Below, piece after piece: positions 1 through 35,588 of a stretch of DNA of 64,000 nt. The stretch is from the human T2T-CHM13v2.0 reference genome, Homo sapiens. The notes under the pieces were generated by a model that was given only the letters and a program-made list of their open reading frames with translations, did not search any database and had not been told where the DNA came from. The stretch is from assembly GCF_009914755.1 (NCBI RefSeq), contig NC_060933.1. One strand, written 5' to 3'. Numbering within the stretch: position 1 is the stretch's first letter; each line of letters begins with the position of its first letter. Position numbers and translations under genes: made by a program.

Positions 1-207
1 GGGTTCAAGCGATTCTCCTGCCTCAGCCTCCTGAGCAGCTGGGATTACAGGCATCCACCACCACGCCCTGCTAATTTTTGTATTCTTAGTAGAGATGGGG
101 TTTCACCACGTTGGCCAGGTTGGTCTCGAATTCATGACCTTAGGTGATCCACCCGTCTCGGCCTCACAAAGTGCTGGGATTATAGGCGTGAGCCACTGTG
201 CCCAGCC
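1..207 (-). mobile_element. Alu, truncated by window edge
   Basis: Antisense Alu consensus. Confidence 0.93.
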
Positions 208-396
208 TATAACTATTCTTATCCTCATGTAAATTATAAATTTGTGATAATAAGGACAATGTACCTTTATGTATTTCATTTCTTTCTTTTTTTTTTCTTA
301 AACTAATGACTAACAGCATTGAATTAGAAAAGGTGTTTAATCTCTGTGGAGTTATCTGCAAAATGAAAGAACTGGAAATAATTATTTCCAGGGTTC

Positions 397-696
<300 letters not shown>

Positions 697-1350
697 AATT
701 ATTTCCAGGGTTCTGTCCCATTCTAAAAACTTATATATTTATGAATTGAAGAATAAAATATATCTGAGAAATGATGGAATTTACTGGAATTGGAATGATA
801 GAGCTGTAGAAGAACATCCACAACTTAGATCTCTTCTTTATAACATGAGATGATTACCAATACTTGGGGAATCCTTCTCAGTGAAACCAGATATACAAAA
901 CACTGTTTCTTTGGGCCACCCTCTAGACATAAAATTACTTCATTTTACAGATTGTTTATTGTTTGGTATTACTTGTGGCACAGATTCCTAAACTCCTTTA
1001 GTAAGTATATGTGCCCACCACTATTTACAGATCACTCAACTGATCTAGTTAAAGTCCTCAGTAATGAATTTTATGTGCCAGATGCTTTCTTCAGTATTTG
1101 TGGTCTTTTTCTTTTTAAAAAGGCATTATTTTTAAAATAAAACACAGAAAAGTATAAAAAGTTATACCTGGAAGGGATTTGGGAAGAAATTATTCCTCTG
1201 ATTAATCATTGTACAGGTAAGCTGAATGATTATTACACACACATGCTCATTTTTTCAAACATCTGAGGCTGTTTTGAGGATATTGTTTGAGAGGATCACG
1301 ATTCAGTTAGTTCAGTACTGACTTCCCCAAGAGCTCTCATGGAGTTACTG

Positions 1351-2905
<1,555 letters not shown>

Positions 2906-3252
2906 TATTCTAGCTTCCAATAATTTTATCAAAGTTAGCTTCAAAGCAGCTTCATGGGGCCGTTTATTCAATGATCAAGAGCTACACCAAATTAATCACC
3001 TTCATAAAAATATAACTATAGCTGCTGTGAAGAACAATTTCATGAGGTCTCTCTGGGAAGCAGTCCCAATGAGTTCATCGTCTGTTACAGAACCTTTTGA
3101 GTGACCAAATATGGAGAAACTAAATCTCACCTCTGGTATTTATATATTGTGGATAGTTTTTTTGGCTACTGACGGGAATCAGCAGCTTATATTTGACATA
3201 TATCTGTGTTCATATGCACTGCATGATTAATATTTAAAAGTTAAGAATAAAT

Positions 3253-3555
3253 GGCTCAGATGCAGTGGTTCATGCCTGTAATCCTAATGGTTTGGGAGAC
3301 TGAGATGGGAGGATCGCTTGAGCCCAGGAGTTCATGACCAGTGTTGGCAACATAGTGAGACCCTGTCTCTACAAAAAAAGAAATTGAAAAACATTTTCCA
3401 GGTCTGCCTGCCTGCCTGTAGTTATAGCTGCTCAGGAGACTGACATGGGAGGGTCTCTTGAGCTCAGGAGCTCCAGGTTACAGTGAGTTACGATCATGCC
3501 ACTGCACTCCAGGCTAGGTGACAGAGCAACACACTATCTCTAAAAATAAATAAAT
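3253..3555 (+). mobile_element. Old Alu (AluJ-like)
   Basis: Diverged dimeric Alu with A-rich tail. Confidence 0.88.
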
Positions 3556-3629
3556 GGGAGCCTATTGTAATAGCTTTTATTATTACTAACAACTAATAAT
3601 ATAGTGAGGCTAACAGATGAAGAGACAAT

Positions 3630-4030
3630 TGCCATTAAAAATGTAGTTACAGTTCACAAGAGGGAGAGGCACACCACACCATAGGGGCCACATGAGGAGC
3701 ACTGGGGTCAGTCAAGAGACAAATAGGAGAGGGGAAATCTATGGGCAAGAGCTTTTATTGTGGTCTCCGTGGGAAGGAATGGTTGAGGCAGTGTAAGCCG
3801 GCTTAAGCTTGGCTTGTTTGAATAATTTCAGTGAGCTCTGGGTCAGAGGACCTGTCCCTAGTTAACTCTCTTGTATCTGGCCCTGGGGTGATTACAGCAG
3901 GTGGATAGTGGAGAGAACTGGTAAAGAGAGAACCTGGTAAAGGAGGTGGTTGGAGGTGTGGATTCTGGGTTGGTTGTTTTGCATTTGAAAAACTCACTCA
4001 AGGGCAAATTGTTGATTATCTCTAGAGATT
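3630..4030. mobile_element. Probable ERVL-type LTR fragment
   Basis: Resembles LTR sequence from recall; family not assigned. Confidence 0.4.
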
Positions 4031-4034
4031 GGCT

Positions 4035-10860
<6,826 letters not shown>

Positions 10861-10867
10861 TTCATGG

Positions 10868-11796
<929 letters not shown>

Positions 11797-13344
11797 ATTG
11801 CAAGAAAGTTCTGACTTAGCTGAAATGCAGTCAGACCCCTTGAATCAAAACGATTCCTTGGGAATGAGGTCTCTTTTACTTGGGAACCAAGTCAAGACAA
11901 ACAATTCCTTGAGAATAAGATCCCTTTGACTGTTGTCAGGATTAGGTTCTCAGGCTAGTAAAGTAGCATGCTATCTTTAAGACTGCTACTGTGGCCAGGT
12001 AGGGAGTGTGGCAAGGGTATCTTACAGTACTACAAAACGCTCTTAGCCTTTTTCAGTTGCCCTTTTTCTGATTAAGTGTTTTCTCAGTTGTAAGCTTTTT
12101 ACTCTCTTCCCAAATTCCAGTAAAAGTGATTCTGACAGCTATGCAGTAGTTTTCAGTGTTTCTGAGACAGGATGACCCCAGCACTTCCTATTTTGCCAAA
12201 ATTTTTTTGTTCTTATTGTTGAATTTCTAATTCAAAAGCACACCCTAGCCCACTTTAGTCTGTAGTTCAATATCCTATTGTGGTCTGCCCTACTTATGTA
12301 CTATCCTGAGGCCAATGTGAATTCTGGAAATTATTCTATACTATAATTCAGTTCTCAGTATTTTTTTTCTGTGTAGATTCTGGTTCGTTTTATGTAGGGG
12401 TTATTTAGGATTTCATAAACAGATGTAAAAGATTCTTGTCTGAAGGCTCCTCTTCTCTGATTCTCCCTTATCTCTTCTTGGGATGACTTAAGTGCAGGGT
12501 GTGGAAAGTTAACAGAGCAACCCACTGTGTGTGCAGCTGCCATGCTGGTTGAGATCAGAAATGACATCCTTTCTTTGCTTATGTTTGCTTGGTGTCAGTT
12601 GGGGCTAGCTGACAAAGCTTCCTCTCTCAGTCTTTCCAATAGCAGTACCCGATTGGGAGGTGAGGACTCTGCTTTGCCTGCTTTTCTTATTGTTGGCAGT
12701 GATGGTTGACAGGCTTCACACCTCAGCCTCTGTGGCTAAAGTGCCTGATTAGGAGTGAAAGGGGCACAGCTCCTTTTTGGCATTGGGGTTCCCTTCTGCC
12801 AGGCCTGTTTCTTCTCATTTTGCATGATCTCCATTGGTTAGAGGGAATGGTCTTTCCTGGGGCCTTTTGGGTTATTGTTGTTGTTAATGTACCCTTTGGT
12901 AATTCTGGGTTGCAGTTTGCTCCTGTGTACAGACTGGGATATACAGGAGGCAAAAATAAATCCTAAGGAATTCTTTTCCAGGTCCTCCCTTGATTCCTGA
13001 AGACTCTACCTGTCCTGCTTTCTTCATTCCACATTTCAGAGTTTCTGATGTTTGCTTTATGTGCTGTGTTCATGGTTTTAAATTATAGTTAACGGAAGCA
13101 TTGGGGTGGAATATGCTTACTCTATCATTACTGGTACAGGAACTCAACTCCCGCAATCATTTATCAAATGAGTGATTAAATGATACATGGTTCTTGCCTT
13201 CAAGTTACTTGTGGTGTATGTGGCTTACATTATTAACATAGATGTACTATTAAGAGAATTAAGACTCATTCCTGTGAGAGTTCTCCTAGGCAAAGGAGTG
13301 AGATTATTTCTAGCTGTTAGGGAATAGGATACGTGGTGTGGTGG

Positions 13345-13990
13345 TGTGGTAATTGTTCTGACAATGGTTCTCTGTCACCAACTGGATGTCCTGCAGCTCA
13401 GTTCAGTTCTCACACTAACAGACCCCACAAGTTATAGGCAGAGGTCTCCACCAGGAGTGCCTCCACTTCACACTCCAGCTGCAAGTATCAAGGTCCACCT
13501 GCAGTTAGGACCAACTGGCCATAAATTCTGGAGTTCCCACATATCTCTCAGGTTTAATAATTTGCTAGAACCGCTCACAGAACGTACTGAAAACACTATA
13601 CTTACAATTAGCATTTTATTATGAAGGATACAACCCAGACACAGCCAAATGGAAGTAATGCATAGACGAAGGTCTGGGGGTTGGGGAGACAGAGATTCCT
13701 TGTGGAATCCAGACACATTATCCTCCCAGTACATCAGTGTATTCATCAACCAGGAAGTTCTGCTGTGCTCCTGGTTAGCCCTCAAATGATGTGTTTGGTG
13801 ATGTGTTTGATGTGTTTTCCTGGTGAACAGCCTCCAGTCTGCAATACGTAGAAGCCACTATGAGACAACTCATTAGCATAACAAAGACACATCTATCACT
13901 CAGGAAGTTCCAAGGGTTTTAAAGCGCTGTGCCAGAAACTGGCACTTACATACTGTCTGTTCTTCATTATTCTTTATTATACTACAGTCA
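13345..13990. mobile_element. MER21-like LTR
   Basis: aatttgctagaaccgctcacagaac and related motifs recalled from the MER21 family. Confidence 0.55.
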
Positions 13991-14264
13991 TCAAATAAAA
14001 TTTCAGGGAATGTGGCATTTGAGTGATTTAAATAATACGTAGACTTAAACGTTTGAAAATGGGGAAAGGGGTATTCTAGGCTGAGAAAGTAGCATTAGCA
14101 GTCATACCAGAGGAACACACACACACAAGTGCAAGAATTGATATGTAGAACTACTTCAAGTTTTTGGTTTTAGTGTAGGATACATGAAAAGGAAAAGAAA
14201 TAAAGCTAGATTGGGTCTATCATTTAATGATATTTATTAATCAGAGAATCATTTATTCCTACAG

Positions 14265-14361
14265 AGCAGAAGAGAGAAAAGATCTGTTCATGTTTTTCCG
14301 AAGCCTGCATTTTTTTGTGGAGTGGTTTGAATATCGTAAGCGCACGTTTAAACATCTCAAG
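14265..14361 (+). CDS. CENPP: Centromere protein P, internal coding exon (97 nt)
   Basis: ttcctacag|AGCAGAAGAG...CATCTCAAG|gtaaag; encodes (R)AEERKDLFMFFRSLHFFVEWFEYRKRTFKHLK, recognised as CENP-P. No other CENPP exon found in the window. Confidence 0.93.
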
Positions 14362-15509
14362 GTAAAGTCTGAAGTCTTTGAATTTAAACATATATGGAAA
14401 ACAAAGCTGATATTAATTGAGAATTCATCCCTAACATCCTTTTCTTAAAAGCTTTCAAACAGTAGAAAATATTCTCATTGACTTTTGGAATTTGCAATTA
14501 TTTGGAATAACTGGAGGAGGATTACTTCTGTACAAATCAGTGAACAATTTATGTTGTGGAATGTCTTGAAAGAAGTGTGGTTATATTCAAATTTATTTAA
14601 AATCCGCATTTTGGAAAAACATTCTTTCAAGAGTATTTGAAGTAAAACAACAAATGTTAATAAAGAATATCATCACAGCAGGCTTATCATGTAGTGGTAT
14701 ACTGCTAACTTCCTGAGCCAGACTCTGTGTTTTCAGCTTCTCAATTGTGCATTTCGAGTTTAAATACCAAAGCCTGATTCTTGCGAAGTAATGCTTCCTA
14801 AAGCCTGATATGGGTACTTTAAAGTACTTCCTTTTATTCCCTTTCTTTGTTTTCGGGCATAACTGAAATTAAGTTTGGTTGCATCGTAATACCTCAGGTT
14901 CTACTCATTTGGATAGCATCAAATTATTGACAGCATTAATCCACACAGCAACCAGTTCTGAAAGTCAACTTAAATAATATTTCAGGGTTCAGATTCTCTC
15001 AAAAGCCTAACCAGATCATGAATATTGTTTTTAGGACTTGTACTAACTCTCCTTTATTTGGGGTTCTATTGTTTCTTATTATTATTTATTCTATTTGGTT
15101 GAGCTAATAAAATCTGTCAGGCCTAGGATTTTTTTCCACAAAGAAACATGGGCAGTTCTGTACTATAGTACCTTGAGGTGTTCTCATGATTTTGTTATAT
15201 TCGATCATAGGTAGTCTTAAAATGCCAGAAAAATTAAATATTTCTGCTTCACAAGTGTTATAATACAGTAATGACCAGGGAGTGTGCTGGCAGTTATGGT
15301 AATAGATGAATCACCTAATGTTGCTGTTTCCTTATGCATTTGAATGGGTGATGGAAAATGGGAGCACTAGTCTCCATTTCCAAAGCTGATTTGACTCTAC
15401 GTGCTTTCCAGTCAGGTATGAAGTATAATTGGTGTATTTTTCTTATGGAGGGTAAAGAGCTTCTAGGAGCTGGTCTTTGCTAGTTATAAAATTACTAGGG
15501 TGGAAAAAA

Positions 15510-17985
<2,476 letters not shown>

Positions 17986-18469
17986 AAAGTAAATCATTTA
18001 AAAATTTAAAGCCTCTAATTATTAGTGTCAAGAATGAAACATTATGAATATAATGGAGACAGCATATTTTTACTTTCTCTAATTATTTCGTCTGATATCT
18101 TCTGAATCTTGGTGGTATAATTTGTATTGTTTATTTTGTTTTATTTGTGATTTAAGGTTGTGTATATGAAGGTGTAAGGTATGCATGTTCATATATATCC
18201 TCTTATCTAGAAATCCCCAAATTATTTCTTTAATTCTGGAATTCATACCTTTTACCAATGTTCTTTCTCCCTTATCATTATCTTATCTAAAACTACTGAC
18301 TTTTGAATTTTTTCTTAATTTGAGAGTTATTTGATGGTGTTTTGCTCCATAAGTTTTATCATAAAAATAATATAGGAATACATTATTTTTCTGAAAACTA
18401 GAAAGATGACAGTCATTCAAGATTATGATAGTTTAAAGATTCAATTTTTCCAAATAAAACAGAACCCTT

Positions 18470-20120
18470 CTATTTAGATGGATTTTATTTTGCAATATTT
18501 ATTATATATTCAATTCAAATGTACTCACTATTGTGCTAGGCAATTGAAAGTAAAAAGTATAAAGCTGCATTTTGCGCTCTCAGTGAGGTTTAAGTCAGGG
18601 AAATGAGGCATGCACACAAAATAACGAGAAAGTAGTATAATAGCTGTGATCATTAGTTATCAAAATAAGTGAATGAGCTAATAATCATTGTTAGAATAAT
18701 AATTGTGTTCTTAGATCTCAGATGCTTTAATGAAAAATGTTATCTTGAGGTCAACTTTGACAAATGGGGAGATAACTGAAAAACATCTGACATTCTAGGT
18801 AGGGAAAACAGAAGCAAATGCTTAAAAATGGGAATAAGTATGTATTCTGTACACAGAGACAACTTGATTTCAATACATACTTTATGGTGGAAATAATGTT
18901 TGTACTTTTACTTACACAGTCCGGACTCATGTTTCTAAAACACTGATAATTTTGTGTTTAACTTCAATGTAATGTGTAGTCTAATACTTTTAGTGGGGTA
19001 CAAGTGAGAGGAATGTTATTTTAGAAACTTTACTCTGGCACCACTGAGTCATCATAAATTATTACTCTCAGATAGAAGATTTAATTCTTGCAGTTAGCCA
19101 TGTCAGTTTATCATGAGTAATCAGAAAGTGTTACTCAGAAGCTTTATTGTGAATATTCAGTTTGTTACAGTGAACATGGATGTGTATGGGTGGGAAGGTA
19201 GTGTGCACTGGCACCACAGAATATTCTGTTTTCATCTTATGCTTGAACTAATTTATTGATGAGATTCTCATTTCTGTAGTATAAAAGGAAAATATTTTGC
19301 AGTTATCTCGTATTTGAAAGACTTTGCCATAGAGAACTTTATCAGAAATGGATGAACTTTTCATTATTTCTTATAAGCATATTGGTTTTGGCCTGCTTGA
19401 GTTTAAAACTTTTTTTGGTAGACTTAGAATGTTAATATTTAGATAAAGAAAATATTTTACTGAAGACATTACCAGAAAGTAAAATAACTTGAACATTTCT
19501 GTATTAGCTCTTTATCAGAGAATAACATTTATTTTATTTGGAAAGTTTTCCTAAATATGAGACTATCTGCTATTTCTCAGACTAAGTGAAAAATTTAATA
19601 AAATAGCTGCCTTGATAGGAGGAAAACAAAGTTCTTACTTTATAAGGAATAACGTATGAATCATAAAAGAAGAATGAGCGATCATGGGAAACATTTAGCT
19701 TTTCAAAGTTTTTGGAACATGTACCTTAAATGCTTTTGGGATCCAGTAAAGGCCAGGAAAGGCAAAGAGTTGAAAGTTTCTTGGATTTATCCTCGTACTT
19801 ACATCATTAGTAATAGGAATAATGCATCTCAAATTTGGGCATTTATATAAAAACATGATTTTTAAATGGTAGTCTAGTATAAACTAGGATTTTGTAATGC
19901 TGTTTAAATATTTTCATATTACTTTGTTTCGAACGTAGACATTCAGTCTTACTTTTTACTTATTATATGTAAGATTTTGAACATCCTTGCTTAAAATATT
20001 AAATTCCTTCAAAATGAGATACAAGGTTAATATTAAACCAATACTTAAGTTCCTTTACTCATTGTTGAGACAGACTATTAGTGTAGGTGTACTTTCATTT
20101 ATATGTTGTACCAATAGAGG
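18470..20120 (-). other. OGN: OGN 3'UTR with several candidate polyA signals
   Basis: Repeat-free AT-rich stretch after the stop; minus-strand AATAAA at 18484-18489, 18498-18503, 19143-19148, 19252-19257 and ~19528. True 3' end not determinable. Confidence 0.65.
19604..19611 (-). promoter_or_regulatory. miR-22-3p 8mer seed site in OGN 3'UTR
   Basis: Minus strand GGCAGCTA = complement of miR-22-3p nt 2-8 plus A1. Confidence 0.65.
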
Positions 20121-20291
20121 TTAAAAGTATGACCCTATCGGTAATCTTTTTAAGCAAATAAAACTGTTTGGATGCTTTCCCAGGACGATTGGATTGCCCT
20201 CCAGGCGTATCTCTTCAATGCGGTCCCGGATGTAACTGGTGTCATTAGCCTTGCAGAATGTGTCATCTGTAATTGAAGCTATGTTGTTGAA
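20121..20291 (-). CDS. OGN: Osteoglycin exon 7 coding part (C-terminal Cys pair, TAA stop)
   Basis: tttcag|TTCAACAAC...; [56 protein letters not shown]; all exons total 897 nt. Confidence 0.97.
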   Translation of the reverse strand, partial: FNNIASITDDTFCKANDTSYIRDRIEEIRLEGNPIVLGKHPNSFICLKRLPIGSYF

Positions 20292-20701
20292 CTGAAAAAA
20301 AACGAGGAAAACATTGTTCAGAAATCTGAAATCAACCTTTCATATGCTATATAATGGGTAAAGGAAACCTAAGTCAGAGGTCTGAGTGCCCCCTCACTTC
20401 AAATCCTTGTGTCAAATTAATTAGGAAATACTCAAATGTACACCTGGAGACAAATACAATCAAGAGCAGACTTCACACGTACTGTGCTGGTCTACTTGTT
20501 ATGCTCTGGATGGAATCTGGACTTCTGGGAAGAAAGTTCATGAGCCTAGTATTAATCTTTTTGATAGGCAGACATTTAGCTATCACGCTACTACAGTGAT
20601 CTAACCAAAATTTGTATGTGAATAAGTGAGGTTCCCAATGAGTCACAAGATTTTGACTCATAGGTAATTAGAGTCAGATATTGTGAAAGGAACTATCATA
20701 C

Positions 20702-20797
20702 CTGAAGATGAATTACACGTAGACTTTCTGGTAAATTAAGAGGCACGGATTCCAGGGCATTATGGTCCAAGTAGAGGAAGGTGAGGTTATTCAGTTT
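20702..20797 (-). CDS. OGN: Osteoglycin exon 6 (LRRs)
   Basis: ttacag|AAACTGAAT...CTTCAG|gtatga; [32 protein letters not shown]; 96 nt. Confidence 0.97.
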
Positions 20798-21254
20798 CTG
20801 TAAGGAAAATTTCATGTGAGTGTTATTGAGGTTCTGTACATTCTTTCACAGGATTCAAGCAATATATATGTGCATATGAGTATATGTCTATATATACAGA
20901 CTTGCATATTGATATGAATACATCAATTATATCAATTGTTCGTATGGTAGTTTCTTGTTTGGGTTTTTTTTCTGACTTCACGTGTAGTGTATTTTGATCC
21001 TTTATGATGGCCAGTGGAGCTCTGCCGCATACCCCACACTTCTGTCCATTCATCTGATCTCTGAATATCCGGCTCTAATGCCAACTTCTGGTACTCTTTG
21101 TGTTTGTCTTGATAGGAACTAATGAGGTGAGTCCCTATGTGGGATTGAATTTTGACCCTGGTGCTGCCATAACCTCTCCTGTACCTCTGGAGTTTCCCAT
21201 CTCAGTTCCACCAATTTCTAGCTAAGTGGTTACTTCTTAGAAATGTGTGTGCTT

Positions 21255-23436
<2,182 letters not shown>

Positions 23437-24354
23437 TTAAAATGTCCCTTAAAGTTGAATAAAGATACCTTAATTGTAATGAAAAATGAAAAAATGGACT
23501 ATTTGTACACTTTCTAACAGATTGTACATTTTTTGACAGAATTTACCTGTGTGTGATTATCATAAACTTTATGATAATGAATATTTGATAGTTTCTGAAG
23601 TTACCTTTAGAAGCAAGAAACCTTGCCTTTTGAATGAGATTATGTCTGTTACCAGCAATGGCATGGTCATCATTTTATCTGGGGAATGATTACATCAGAG
23701 CTATGGAAATCCTGGACTAAAGTGATTACTCCTGTAGGTCATGCATTTTGAGACAAATTGTCTACCTAAACCGAAGTAGATTACTTTCCCTTTTTCCTAC
23801 ATAATATTTGCTTGAATTGTTAAGAAATGTATTTAATTCTTACTACATATAAAATTTTATATTACATGCTCTCATGAAATTCAAAGGAAAATCTCCCTAT
23901 AGAATTTCACAGTCTAATATCTTTAAATATTAAAAGTTAAATTCAGTATTTACTTTTGGATCTTTATTTTTTTCTGGTGTTTATAATTTGCTAACATTGT
24001 AAGGAAAAAGAAACACAGGAAATATCCCATTTTGAGCTTTCGTAGACTGTAAGTGTCATGAGAGGGCCAACCATGTCTGTCTAAATAAATATTTGCTGTA
24101 TGAACAAGTGAAAAAATGAGAAACAAAATAGTCCCATGAAATAAAATAAAGGTTATGTATTTTAACTGAGATATGGGTATAAGCTAGGCTGAATGAGCCT
24201 AATAGGATGGTTATTTATTATGTAAATAATGTCTTCATTTATTAAATCAAAATAGTTTTTAAGTGTAATCAAAATACAATTCTAGACCAAAGTTTCTCTT
24301 TTATCTATCATATCATCACTCATACTATGCTTAGTTTTACTATAAAATACTTAC

Positions 24355-24557
24355 TTTGAATGCATTTGCTTTGATTCCCCTACTCTTGATTTTGTTGTAT
24401 TTTGCATTAAATAAAGTGAGCTTGGGAGGAAGAACTGGAAGTTTTAGTAGTTGATTTTCAGCAAGTGAAAGTTCTTCTAACAGAGAAAGTTTTGAAAAAG
24501 TACCATCTTCTATATCTTCTATCAAATTTCCTGTAAAATCGAGTCTTCTTAAGTTAG
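24355..24557 (-). CDS. OGN: Osteoglycin exon 5 (LRRs)
   Basis: ccctctag|CTAACTTAAG...TTCAAA|gtaagt; [36 protein letters not shown]...ANAFK; 203 nt. Confidence 0.97.
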
Positions 24558-25063
24558 CTAGAGGGAAAAAAATATAAAAAACAACTACGTAAGTAAAATT
24601 CTTATTGTATGGACTGAAGAAAAGCATTTGTTTAACAGATCACTCAAGCATCTTTCATTTTTAGTGCCTGGTAGACTGTTTACAATTCATAGCCCAGTAA
24701 AGTTTTGTGGAATGATCACTGAACACCTCTTTGTGCCTGAAATTGATTCCCTTTCTGACTGGAGTCCTAGAATCTCAGGTTTGAAAGTGATCTTAAAGTT
24801 AATCGAGTCTTTTCATCTTTCTCTGTTCAAATTCCTTGGGATGGTCAGGCAGTTTGAAAGAAATTCTTGTTGCAAATCATGGAAAGGAAGCATTACATTT
24901 GATTGGAATCATGTAATTTTTTTTATTTTTTTGCTGGCATGTTGCGTTGTGATTCTGAGTATGTTATCTTAATCTTAATCTCTCTATGCCTTATCGCTTA
25001 ACAACAACAAAGACAAAGATGTTCCCTGATTTGTTAAAGTGACACAGATTGAGAGAGAAATTC

Positions 25064-25097
25064 AGTGTGTGTGTGTGTGTGTGTGCGCGCGCGCGTA
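25064..25097. repeat. (GT)n(GC)n alternating purine-pyrimidine tract
   Basis: gtgtgtgtgtgtgtgtgtgtgcgcgcgcgcgtac. Confidence 0.95.
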
Positions 25098-25136
25098 CTT
25101 GCGTGTGCATCACGTATATCTGGGATAATTAGGAAA

Positions 25137-26420
<1,284 letters not shown>

Positions 26421-26694
26421 TTCAATCCACATTTGGGAGCTATCAGTGGCAGCATGAACCTGGTTATGGTTAGTCTCATAAATGTGTAGCGGGGCTAGTA
26501 TGCATTTCTCGGTGTGATTTTTTTCAGAACTCTTGACAATATTAGGAGTCTAGAAAACTGACAAGAAATTAGTGATCTAGGACTGGGATTTGGTACTGCA
26601 GAAATGGAGGATTCTGGTGTGCTTATGGCAACACTAACTGAGTTAAGGTTTGCTAGAAGTTCAAGATTGATAATGACCTGGTAAGGAATTAAAT

Positions 26695-27190
26695 ACCACT
26701 GTTCTCAACAGTATTTCCATATTAGAATCATCCAAGGAGTTTGTTTGTTTTTAATGATGTTGCTTGGGCCCTACCCCAGATCTGAATTACAACCCCTGGG
26801 AAGTAGGACCTAGTATCAGTATTTAAAAAATACTTCCCTGCCGGGCATGGTGGCTCACGCCTGTATTCCCAGCACTTTGGGAGGCCGAGGCGGGCGGATC
26901 ACAAGGTCAGGAGTTCCAGACCAGCCTGGCCAACATGGTGAAACCCCATCTCTACTAAAAATACAAATATTAGCCAGGTGTGGTGGCACACACCTCAGCT
27001 ACGTGAGAGGCTGAGACAGGAGAGCCACTTAAACCTGGGAGACAGAGGTTGCAGTGAGCCAAGATCACGCCACTCTACTCCAGCCTGGGCAACAGAGCAA
27101 GACTCCATGTCGGGTTGGGGGGAGGGGGGAGAAAAAAAAAACACTTCCCAAGATATTTTTAATATGCAGCCAGGTTTAAGAGCCATTAGT
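26695..27190. mobile_element. MER5-like hAT element split by a sense Alu (~26840-27140)
   Basis: attagaatcatccaaggag...aatatgcagccaggtttaagagcca; Alu TSD aaaaa(t/c)acttccc. Confidence 0.6.
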
Positions 27191-27582
27191 TAAAGTAAGA
27201 AAAAGCACTTTCTGTGTTTTTATAGTCCAGGTAGAAAATAAAACATTGTGGTTGGAGAAGCATCCCAGTTATATTGGTGTTGCTCAGTGTCTGAAGCAAG
27301 GGATCTTGAAGTATTGGAGTTGAGAAGATATAGTTGCCCATATGTTAGATGGGCTGTCATCATAGACAGTGAAGTCACCAGTAAAGAAAGATCACAGGAT
27401 CTGTCTAAGTGGAAAGATGATTCACCAACAAATGAATGGACTTTTGTGAAACATGTTAGATATTTATGTACTTCAAGTGACAAACCTGAATGTGATAGGC
27501 AGCAACTATATAGAAACTTGTGTTTATATGAGTTAAATACTAATACGAGTTAATACTAATATCATATTTCAGCTTAACTTAC

Positions 27583-27741
27583 GTATGTCTGCAAAATCTT
27601 TGGCAGTCAGCTTTTTAATTTTGTTGAATCGTGCGTAAAGATAGGCTGATTCCTTTGGTAAGGGTGGTACAGCATCAATGTCAACTTCTTCACAGTATAC
27701 AGAGCCACTTAAACAAACACACAGCAGACACGTGGGCATTT
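27583..27741 (-). CDS. OGN: Osteoglycin exon 4 (class III SLRP Cys cluster CX2CXCX6C, first LRR)
   Basis: aatttag|AAATGCCCACG...GACATAC|gtaagt; (E)[52 protein letters not shown]; 159 nt. Missing from the ORF track. Confidence 0.97.
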
Positions 27742-28299
27742 CTAAATTGGGAATAAAATCATAAAAATATGAACAATCGTTTGAAAATATTTCTCCTCTA
27801 GTAGTAAAATTATTGCTATTATGAATGCTATTACTAATTTGAAGAGATGTTTTACAGAATCATAAGAAAGATAGTCATGGTAACTCGTTACCTATATTGT
27901 GCTTGATAATTCACCAGAATATTGTTTGAGAATCTCTTTTTATTTTGTTTTACTGGTGATTGCTTAAATGCTGAATTGATTGACAGTTACATTTCCTTAT
28001 TTGAAAACCAAAAAAATTTACAAAGCAGGAGTTAAGGTAAACATGAGCTTGACTTATTAAGTTTAATGTGTGAGAAACATATTTCAGATTGGTGACAGTA
28101 GCTAGACTTTAGTAACCACTAGTTAAGTAAGGAAGCCATTAACTTGAAAATTAGAGTAATCGTAGGCACTGTTTGGATCCTTTAGCACCCCAAGTCATTT
28201 ATTACATTTACTTGTCATACCTCTTGGAACATTCCTTAGTCTTTGTTTTTTATACCTTTTCCTGTTTTTGAAAAGTGTAGAGCTTTTTTTTTTGTTTAG

Positions 28300-34985
<6,686 letters not shown>

Positions 34986-35588
34986 ATACTTCTCGCTTTT
35001 TAAGCTTTATTTTCTGTTATGGTTCATTTTCATTTTATTTTAGAAATATAGAAATTAATATGTGGTTTTTGTCATGTTTTCATGTGAAATAATGTTCTGT
35101 GATAGAGTAAGAGTAAGCCAAGTACACAGGAATTATTAAGTAGGACTTGTAATTTGTTATTTCATGACAAGTTTTCTATTTTAATTGAAATGTATGTGTA
35201 ATTATTGATGTATATGTGTGTTTCTGTTCTGTAAGTTTCTTAAAGGCAATAATTATATTTACCGTATACTGAGGCTGCACATTGTATTTTGCAAATAATC
35301 CGTGTTTAAGTATTTCTCGAATAGATTTTATATGGATGGAAACCACACTTTGTGGAGGCTAAGCTTGCCTAAGCTTTGGTTGTTCTCACAAGTTCTTGCT
35401 CCACATTTCTCACTCATAATGTGGGATGGCAAATGGTGTGCACTCCCAGTTTGAGTTTATCATTGGAAATAAAATTCCACTGTTTGTATTTACTGTATCT
35501 TGAGTCAGTTTTTGATTACCACAAGGAATAAAGTCCATTATAGCTATTTTTAAAAGATCCATTTGAAAAATATTTAGATGATACTTAC

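Noticed and set aside
1214-1221. Strong + strand donor CAGGTAAG as a possible extra CENPP exon
   Set aside because: No convincing acceptor or CENP-P-like peptide upstream; such motifs occur by chance.
18453-18503. Opposing AATAAA signals as a bidirectional terminator for CENPP and OGN
   Set aside because: Hexamers are frequent in DNA this AT-rich; not supportable without 3'-end data.
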